Origin: Patescibacteria group bacterium
GTDB taxonomy: Bacteria; Patescibacteriota; Minisyncoccia; Phycocordibacterales; UBA12445
Direction of reading: 5' to 3'
DNA length: 64,000 nucleotides
NCBI GenBank assembly: GCA_003504275.1
Contig: DOAO01000014.1
Span: 8,889-72,888, forward strand
Shown: in pieces, positions 57,280 through 64,000 of the stretch
Position numbering within the stretch: position 1 is the first letter of the stretch
Layout of the letters: every line of letters starts with the position of its first letter
The notes under the pieces: model-generated
The model's input: only the letters and a program-made list of their open reading frames with translations
What the model was told of the DNA's origin: nothing
Database searches by the model: none
Program-made: the position numbers and the translations under genes

Positions 57280-58437
57280 ATGACCATATCTCAAAATACA
57301 ATTCCAAAAGGATGGTCTGTAAAACAAATTGGTGATCTGTTGAATTTTGAACGGCCTGATAATTATATTGTCGAGAGCGAAAGCTATAATCAAAAAAACA
57401 ATATTCCAGTTCTCACGGCTAACAAATCTTTTATTTTAGGTTATACAAACGAGGATTTTGGTATATACAAAAATATTCCAGCTATCATTTTTGATGATTT
57501 TACTACTGATAGTAAGTTCGTGGATTTTCCATTTAAAGTTAAGTCTTCTGCTATTAAAATTTTGAAATCTAAAGAAGAGAATTATGATTTAAGATTTGTT
57601 TATGAATTGATGAAGTCGATTAATTTTCAAATCGCTAATCATAAACGACACTATATCTCTCAGTATCAATATTTAGAAGTAAAAATGCCACCGATTGCGG
57701 AACAAAAAAAGATCGCAGAAATTTTGTCTACCGTTGATGAAGAAATTCATAAGACCAGTGAAATAATTGCTCAAACTGAAAATTTAAAAAATGGGATTTC
57801 GAAACACCTTTTCACAAGAGGTGTTGGACACGATAAATTTCAGAAGACGAAGATCGGAGACATTCCAAAAGAATGGAATTTTTTGAAAATGAAAGATATT
57901 TGTACGGTAAGCCAAGGATTACAGATCCCTATCTCTAAAAGATTTAAGGATCCAGGAGAAAACAGATATAAATATATTACTCTTAAAAATATCAAAGAAG
58001 ATACTTATGAATACATAGAATCACCCAAAGAAAGCGTGATTTGTAAAAAAGATGATGTTCTCATGACAAGAACTGGTAATACTGGTGTAGTTGTTACTGA
58101 TGTGGAAGGTGTCTTTCATAATAATTTTTTTCTTATTGATTTTGACCGAAAGAGAATAGATAGAAACTACCTAGTTTATTATTTGAGAGGCGAGCCAATC
58201 AAAAAACTTTTGTTGGAGCGAGCAGGCACAACAACTATACCAGACCTTAATCACGGCGCTTTTTACGGAATACATTTTTTATTACCAGATTTAACCGAAC
58301 AAAGAAAGATTTCAGACATTTTATCCTCAATCGACAACAAAATACTGTTTAATAAAGAAATGAGAGCCAAACTTACTGATCTTAAAAAGGGATTAATGCA
58401 GGATTTGTTAAGTGGAAACAAAAGAGTAAAGGTATGA
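57280..58437 (+). CDS. hsdS: type I R-M specificity subunit HsdS
   Basis: two TRDs separated by conserved MPPIAEQKKIAEIL and C-terminal LLPDLTEQRKISDIL repeats. Confidence 0.75.
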   Translation: MTISQNTIPKGWSVKQIGDLLNFERPDNYIVESESYNQKNNIPVLTANKSFILGYTNEDFGIYKNIPAIIFDDFTTDSKFVDFPFKVKSSAIKILKSKEENYDLRFVYELMKSINFQIANHKRHYISQYQYLEVKMPPIAEQKKIAEILSTVDEEIHKTSEIIAQTENLKNGISKHLFTRGVGHDKFQKTKIGDIPKEWNFLKMKDICTVSQGLQIPISKRFKDPGENRYKYITLKNIKEDTYEYIESPKESVICKKDDVLMTRTGNTGVVVTDVEGVFHNNFFLIDFDRKRIDRNYLVYYLRGEPIKKLLLERAGTTTIPDLNHGAFYGIHFLLPDLTEQRKISDILSSIDNKILFNKEMRAKLTDLKKGLMQDLLSGNKRVKV

Positions 58438-59240
58438 GCCAAATTCAACAAACAACAGAAGACTTGCAAAAACAACTTGATTCACAGTTGGAGCTTTTAA
58501 GTGTACTGTCTGATTTATATGATCAAGGACAAACCGTGGTTGCAAAATCAATCGCATCCTCAATAAGGGTTCTATTACATAAAACTCAGCAGTCTCACTC
58601 CTTACTGTCCCAACTTAAGTTAGAAGATACGGATTTTTTTGATTCATGCCTTGTTGATGGCATCCCTGAAGATTATGAGAAAGTAAAAAGGTTAGGTAGC
58701 TACGCCGGACTTTTTGGAATTGGTATCAGCAGTGAGGAAACCACTTATGTGCCATATCTGGATGATATCCCTGGCAAGAACCCAAAGCACGCTAAGTACG
58801 AGGATTATTGGAATAGAATTGTTTTTTACGACAAAAATAACGGTACTTTTACACGTAAAGAGATTGTTCTTGCCGTAGCGAATAAAGATGGTGGTTCGCA
58901 TGTCGATCCATTTTTGGATAAGAAGTATGTTGATTTAGCTAAAAATAATTCTCTTGGATGGGAAGGGTCGGCAAACAACCAACAACATAAACCGCCAGAA
59001 GGTGCCGAGCTGGCGGCAATGAGACAAATAGCCCACGAAGTTTTACGTACTTTTGTAAAAAATTATCCTCAAAAGAAAATGTCTTACGGAGGTAAAAAAC
59101 CATTTGCTGTAATGGCTGGAACAGGACCAATAATTGGTATTAAAAAAAGAAACCCGAAAGATTTAGTACCAAAGGTTGGCAGAAACGATAAATGCCCGTG
59201 CGGAAGTGAAATAAAGTATAAAAAGTGTCATGGTAAATAA
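58434..59240 (+). CDS. SEC-C-motif protein embedded in the type I R-M operon
   Basis: 268 aa; ATGA overlap with hsdS stop; N-terminal coiled coil; C-terminal CPCGSEIKYKKCHG zinc-binding SEC-C motif. Confidence 0.5.
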   Translation: MSQIQQTTEDLQKQLDSQLELLSVLSDLYDQGQTVVAKSIASSIRVLLHKTQQSHSLLSQLKLEDTDFFDSCLVDGIPEDYEKVKRLGSYAGLFGIGISSEETTYVPYLDDIPGKNPKHAKYEDYWNRIVFYDKNNGTFTRKEIVLAVANKDGGSHVDPFLDKKYVDLAKNNSLGWEGSANNQQHKPPEGAELAAMRQIAHEVLRTFVKNYPQKKMSYGGKKPFAVMAGTGPIIGIKKRNPKDLVPKVGRNDKCPCGSEIKYKKCHGK

Positions 59241-59241
59241 T

Positions 59242-59952
59242 ATGAAATTTAACGAACAAATTATTTATAAGCAATACCCCTTAAGGAGTAATTTTGATTT
59301 TCAACATGCCACTCCATTTGATTGGGCGACCATTGGTACTTTTTCAGCCATTATTGTTGCTTTATTGATAGCATTATTTCAGGATCGGATTAGAGAATTG
59401 TGGAATCGGGCAGAACTAGAAATAAAGATTTCTATGACTCCTCCTGATTGTCATAAAATAGGACTTCATGGACAGAACGGAAATTTTATTCAGAATTGTA
59501 TTTATTTACGAGCACGAGTTACAAACGTTGGTAGAAAACCTGCGGAAAATACAGAGATTATGATTTCTAAATTATGGGAAATAGATGAATTAGGAAATGA
59601 AAAAATTGTGGAAACTTTTTTGCCAATGAATTTAGCATGGAGCCATTACAGAACTAACAATATTCGTATTCCTGCCGGCGTATTTAGACATTGTGACATT
59701 GGTGATATTCGAGATCTTATTCACCACACAGAAACACAAATGAGATTTGATATTATTGTGCAACCATACAGAGTTGACGGAGATAAATATCCAAACATAG
59801 TTAGTTCTGGAAAATATAAATTTGAGCTCATCACATCGGCAGATAATGCCATTTCCAGTCAATCTTTATGGGAACTAGAATTTGATAAAGTGTGGGTGGA
59901 AGATGAAAAAGAAATGTTGGAAAAACATATACACATAAAGAAAATAATATGA
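59242..59952 (+). CDS. single-TM membrane protein embedded in the type I R-M operon
   Basis: track ORF 59230..59952; likely start at 59242 (MKFNEQ, identical initiation context to hsdR); TM helix TIGTFSAIIVALLIALF; TGA overlaps the hsdR ATG. Confidence 0.45.
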   Translation: MKFNEQIIYKQYPLRSNFDFQHATPFDWATIGTFSAIIVALLIALFQDRIRELWNRAELEIKISMTPPDCHKIGLHGQNGNFIQNCIYLRARVTNVGRKPAENTEIMISKLWEIDELGNEKIVETFLPMNLAWSHYRTNNIRIPAGVFRHCDIGDIRDLIHHTETQMRFDIIVQPYRVDGDKYPNIVSSGKYKFELITSADNAISSQSLWELEFDKVWVEDEKEMLEKHIHIKKII

Positions 59953-62861
59953 AATTTAACGAACAATATACAATTGAATACCACATCATAAAATTCATAC
60001 GAGAAAAACTCGGTTATGAATATATTCCTGCGGAAGAATTTTCTAAACTCCGCTCTTTTGAAACCGAGTATGTTATTACTTCCCATCTTTTAGAAGCGGT
60101 AAAGAAAATCAACAATATTGACGATGTTGTCGCGCAAAGCATTGTAAGAGAAGTTAAAAAGTCAGACACGAACGAAGCGTTTCTACTTGCCATGCGAAAC
60201 GGTATCAATTTGAAAGATCCAAACACCGGCAATTTTCGTGACTATAAGATAGTTGATTTTGATAATCCAGAAAACAATCACTTCGTTATTACTAATCAAT
60301 TCTATTTTGAAGGAGTAACCGAAAATATCCGACCCGATGTATTAATTTTTCTTAATGGTTTACCGATTTGCGATATTGAAGCCAAAAGCCCCACTGCTTC
60401 CAGTAGTGTTAACTTTGAAAACGCGATTGACCAACTAAAGCGATACGAGAAAGTCGCACCAAAGCTTTTCTTGCCTAACTGCCTTAATATCGCTACCGAT
60501 GGCCTCAAAACCGTTTATGGAGCGACTTATTCCCCAAAGCAGTACTTCCTTGCTTGGCGCGAAGACCCACAGGTAGAAAAGAAAGTTTTTGAAGAAGAAC
60601 TTGATTCCACGCTTTTCTTTTTGCTTGATCAAAAACAGATTCTTGATCTTATTAAAAACTTTATTGTCTTTGAGAAAAAGAAAGACGGGATTACTAAAAA
60701 GATTACCAGATATCAGCAATTTTACGCGGCCAATAAAATCGTTGCTCGTGTTCAAGACGGCGAGAGAAAGAAGGGTTTGATTTGGCATACACAAGGGTCC
60801 GGCAAAACACTCACGATGTTTTTCACGGCGTGGAAGCTTCGCTATAACCCTGAATTGAAAAATCCCAAGGTATTTATTTTGATTGACCGTATTGATCTTG
60901 ATGATCAAGTTTACGAAGAATTTGAAAGCTGGGGTGGACAAAACCTCGTCAGAGTGGAGTCACGCAAAGACCTTGAGAAGAAAATCAAAGGAGCCGACCG
61001 AGGTATCTTTATTTCAACTATTCAGAAATTCAGCGAGTTGGAAGAGATAGAAAATATCGATGGTAACGTTATTGTGCTTTCTGACGAAGCCCACCGAGAC
61101 AACGAGGGTGTTTCAGCAATTAAAATGCGTAATGCTTTTAAGGATGCTTTCTTTTTTGGATTTACTGGAACACCAATTGATAAGCTAACTCTCAATACTC
61201 ACAGAAACTTCGGCGAAGAAGGAGAACGTTATCTTGATTATTATTCCATTCAGCAAGCCATTGATGATGGCGCTACTTTGCCAGTTACTTATGAAGCCCG
61301 TCTTTCCAAATTCTTTATTGATGAGGAAAAAGTGGATCAACAATTTAATGAACTTACTGTCGACTTGAATGATAAGCAAAAAGAATTGCTCACTAAAAAA
61401 TACGGCAAAAAGGAGGCTCTGGTTAAGTTAGACAAAAGGATGGAAGCGGTTGCTCAAGATATTATTGAGCATTACAAACTTTACGTTTTGCCAAATGGAT
61501 TTAAAGCTCAGGTCGTTTGTTATGACCGCGAAGCCACAGCAAAATACAAACAACTTTTTGATAAGTTAGTCCCAGCTGAATGGTCTGAGGTTGTCTATTC
61601 CCCAGGAGATCCCAATAGCGAAAGTGATGATTTAAAGAAATACAATACCAATAAACAGAAGCGAGAGAAAATAATTGAACAATTCAAGGATCCAAGTCAT
61701 CCACTTAAATTTTTACTTGTCTGCGACATGCTTTTGACTGGCTTTGACGCTCCAGTTGAACAGGTAATGTATTTGGACAAACCACTTCGTGATCACAACC
61801 TACTTCAAGCAATCGCCCGTACAAACCGAGTGTTTCCAAACAAAGGATGCGGAAAGATTATTGATTACTACGGCGTGACTAAAAACCTTTACGACGCACT
61901 TAATTTTGACGAGAGTGTGGTTGATAGCGCCATGGTGGATATCAACCGTCTCAAAGAAGAATTTTCAAAAGTTATCGGCGAAATAATGGAATTGTTTGTA
62001 GGAGTAAATATTGAAGATCCATCCATAGACAACTTGCGCCGATGCCTGAAGATATTTATTGAAAATCAAAGTAAACAGCAATATTTCAAAGATAAATACA
62101 GCCGACTCAAAATGTTGTTTGAGATTCTTTCGCCTGATCCATTCTTAATGGAGTACCTCCGCAAGTTTGAATGGATTACCAGTTTTTATTTGGCATTCGT
62201 AAAAGAATTCCAAATTGATGATGTGGATGCTTTTTCACTTGCCGAATACGGAGAGAAAATAAAAAGCTTGATTCAACAGAAGATTGACTACGAGGGCATC
62301 ACTAAAAACTTCCGAGAATTAAATATCCACGATTTAGCTACCCTAAACAAATTGGATAAACTTCCCGAAGAAGAGAAAGCTCTTAATCTTGAAAAAATGT
62401 TAAAGCGTGAGATTTCAATTAACATTGATACTCATCCGGCATTCAAAAAATTCAGCGAGCGACTTATTGCTATTCGTGTTGAGTTTGAAAAACATCAGAT
62501 TGATTTGGCGGAAAGAATAAAACGCTACTACGAACTTCTAAACGATATCAAAACAAAGACAGAAGAAGCAAAGGAGTTGGGTTACACCCTCCGCGAATAT
62601 GGCCTGTTTGTAATCTCCGATGAGTTTATTAGCGAATCTGACAAGGATGTTGTTAAGGAGTTTGTAAAAGAAATGGCCGCACGACTTGAAGATGTTCTTG
62701 ATGAGAATTGGCAAGATTCATCAAAAAGAGAAGAGTTTCTCAAAGAAGCAAAACGAACTCTGCAAGAATTGATTCTTAAGGATTACAAAGACAAAATAAA
62801 AGTTTCTGATTTCCACAAATATCTCAATAGGCTAGTGGATGTTGTAATAAAGCGATTTTAA
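59949..62861 (+). CDS. hsdR: type I restriction enzyme R subunit HsdR
   Basis: helicase motif I GSGKT, DEAH box LSDEAHRD, motif III TGTP, motif VI QAIARTNR. Confidence 0.85.
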   Translation: MKFNEQYTIEYHIIKFIREKLGYEYIPAEEFSKLRSFETEYVITSHLLEAVKKINNIDDVVAQSIVREVKKSDTNEAFLLAMRNGINLKDPNTGNFRDYKIVDFDNPENNHFVITNQFYFEGVTENIRPDVLIFLNGLPICDIEAKSPTASSSVNFENAIDQLKRYEKVAPKLFLPNCLNIATDGLKTVYGATYSPKQYFLAWREDPQVEKKVFEEELDSTLFFLLDQKQILDLIKNFIVFEKKKDGITKKITRYQQFYAANKIVARVQDGERKKGLIWHTQGSGKTLTMFFTAWKLRYNPELKNPKVFILIDRIDLDDQVYEEFESWGGQNLVRVESRKDLEKKIKGADRGIFISTIQKFSELEEIENIDGNVIVLSDEAHRDNEGVSAIKMRNAFKDAFFFGFTGTPIDKLTLNTHRNFGEEGERYLDYYSIQQAIDDGATLPVTYEARLSKFFIDEEKVDQQFNELTVDLNDKQKELLTKKYGKKEALVKLDKRMEAVAQDIIEHYKLYVLPNGFKAQVVCYDREATAKYKQLFDKLVPAEWSEVVYSPGDPNSESDDLKKYNTNKQKREKIIEQFKDPSHPLKFLLVCDMLLTGFDAPVEQVMYLDKPLRDHNLLQAIARTNRVFPNKGCGKIIDYYGVTKNLYDALNFDESVVDSAMVDINRLKEEFSKVIGEIMELFVGVNIEDPSIDNLRRCLKIFIENQSKQQYFKDKYSRLKMLFEILSPDPFLMEYLRKFEWITSFYLAFVKEFQIDDVDAFSLAEYGEKIKSLIQQKIDYEGITKNFRELNIHDLATLNKLDKLPEEEKALNLEKMLKREISINIDTHPAFKKFSERLIAIRVEFEKHQIDLAERIKRYYELLNDIKTKTEEAKELGYTLREYGLFVISDEFISESDKDVVKEFVKEMAARLEDVLDENWQDSSKREEFLKEAKRTLQELILKDYKDKIKVSDFHKYLNRLVDVVIKRF

Positions 62862-62863
62862 TT

Positions 62864-63433
62864 ATGAAGAAAAAAATCGAGCTACACAAAAAGAAAGTCG
62901 AATACACCCTCAAGGTGAGCAAGCGAGCCAGGCGGATGAGACTGGCTATCTATTGTGATGGCAATTTTGTGGTTACTGCTCCGCGAAATATGAGCGATAA
63001 TATCATCGAGCAATTCATAATTAGAAAATCGCAGTGGATACTTGATAAGTTGGATTATTTCAAAAGCATTTCTGGGCAAGTATTCGCTAAAGGCACTAAA
63101 AAGGATTATACGGAATACAAAGACCATGCAATGGCTTTAGCTGAAAAGCGAATTGAATATTTTAATAAAACTTACGGTTTTAGATTCAACAAGATAAATA
63201 TAAAAAACCAGAAAACTCGTTGGGGTAGCTGTTCAAGAAAAGGTAATCTGAATTTTAATTACAAAATCGCTCTACTCCCCGAGAAATTGGCTGACTATAT
63301 TATAGTTCACGAGCTATGTCACCTAAAAGAATTTAACCACTCACAAAAATTTTGGAATCTGGTTGCCAAAATGATGCCTGATTATCTTGAGATCAGGAAT
63401 GAGCTGAAAAGGAGCGGAATTAAGTCTGTCTAA
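62864..63433 (+). CDS. DUF45/YgjP-family zinc metallohydrolase
   Basis: HELCHLKEFNH HExxH motif; common accessory of type I R-M loci. Confidence 0.65.
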   Translation: MKKKIELHKKKVEYTLKVSKRARRMRLAIYCDGNFVVTAPRNMSDNIIEQFIIRKSQWILDKLDYFKSISGQVFAKGTKKDYTEYKDHAMALAEKRIEYFNKTYGFRFNKINIKNQKTRWGSCSRKGNLNFNYKIALLPEKLADYIIVHELCHLKEFNHSQKFWNLVAKMMPDYLEIRNELKRSGIKSV

Positions 63434-63462
63434 AAACAGGAAAAAATGATAAAATAGTAAAT

Positions 63463-64000
63463 ATGGAGAAGCATTTATTGAACAGTAAAGTTCAAAAATT
63501 AAAGGCTATTGATTTCTTCTGCTCAGGTGGTGGGATGAGTTTTGGTATGCAACAAGCTGGAATTGATGTTATTGCTGGAATAGATTTTGATCCAGACTGC
63601 AAAGAAACATATGAATCTAATATAAAAGGGGCAAAATACATACTCGCGGATGTTTCTAAACTAAAAGAAGCAGACCTTTCGAAAGAAATCGACATTAAAA
63701 AGAATGATGATAATTTAATTTTGATCGGATGTAGTCCTTGCCAGTATTGGACGATTATTCGTACAAGTAAAAATAAATCAGAAAAATCAAAGGATTTACT
63801 CCACGAATTTCATCGCTTTGTAAAATACTATAATCCTGGATATGTCGTTGTTGAAAATGTGCCAGGTATTTTAAATAAACAAAAAGAAAGTGGACTCAAT
63901 CTGTTTGTAGACGATTTGAAAAAAAGAGGATACGCTGTCCATTACAAGGTTGTACACCTTAATGAGTATGGTGTTCCAGAAACAAGGAAAAGATTTTCTT
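63463..64000 (+). CDS. DNA (cytosine-5)-methyltransferase (5' part; continues beyond the window)
   Basis: motif I FFCSGGGMSFG, motif IV GCSPCQYWT, motif VI ENVPG; not in the ORF track because it is truncated by the window end. Confidence 0.75.
   Translation, partial: MEKHLLNSKVQKLKAIDFFCSGGGMSFGMQQAGIDVIAGIDFDPDCKETYESNIKGAKYILADVSKLKEADLSKEIDIKKNDDNLILIGCSPCQYWTIIRTSKNKSEKSKDLLHEFHRFVKYYNPGYVVVENVPGILNKQKESGLNLFVDDLKKRGYAVHYKVVHLNEYGVPETRKRFS

Noticed and set aside
60435-60941. 168-aa minus-strand ORF inside hsdR
   Set aside because: Antisense shadow of the HsdR helicase domain.
63492-63695. 67-aa minus-strand ORF
   Set aside because: Lies antisense within the N-terminal motif I-IV region of the truncated C5 methyltransferase.

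Overview
This is a low-GC, gene-dense bacterial chromosome segment. Gene content suggests a Patescibacteria/CPR-like organism (minimal T4SS-like cluster, lone PilB, reduced YebC/PolA), but that is an inference. The window spans the replication origin (rpmH-rnpA-yidC | DnaA boxes | dnaA-dnaN). Housekeeping genes identified: uvrD/pcrA-like helicase, rsmA, class A PBP, tyrS, ruvA/ruvB/ruvC, yebC, polA, tsaE, mutM/nei, Mur ligase, rpsT and pilB. Accessory content falls into four groups. (1) A type II R-M system with C5 methyltransferase, HNH-type endonuclease candidate and C (controller) protein at 3.9-5.7 kb. (2) A ~12 kb T4SS-like cluster at 9.1-21.3 kb (VirB4 ATPase, VirB6-like polytopic protein, VirB2-like pilin, secreted Gly-rich giant protein). 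(3) Three tRNAs (Lys-TTT, Arg-GCG, Ser-TGA) plus a degenerate tRNA-like copy. (4) An island downstream of tRNA-Ser with a large serine recombinase, a type I R-M operon (hsdM-hsdS-X-Y-hsdR-DUF45) and a second, truncated C5 methyltransferase. Best candidate for an undescribed system: two uncharacterised genes (a SEC-C-motif protein and a single-TM protein) embedded between hsdS and hsdR in the PrrC position, the second framed by a perfect 25-bp direct repeat that duplicates the hsdR start. Also notable: (a) a modular family of intergenic palindromic elements sharing the terminal inverted repeat GTCATTGCGAG/CTCGCAATGAC, at least 10 copies; (b) a ~320-nt promoter-to-terminator candidate ncRNA preceding three tandem paralogous small proteins; (c) a ClpB-D2-like AAA+ protein with a coiled-coil insertion; (d) a nested palindrome built on the tRNA-Lys 3' end; (e) an HTH domain fused in frame to HsdM.
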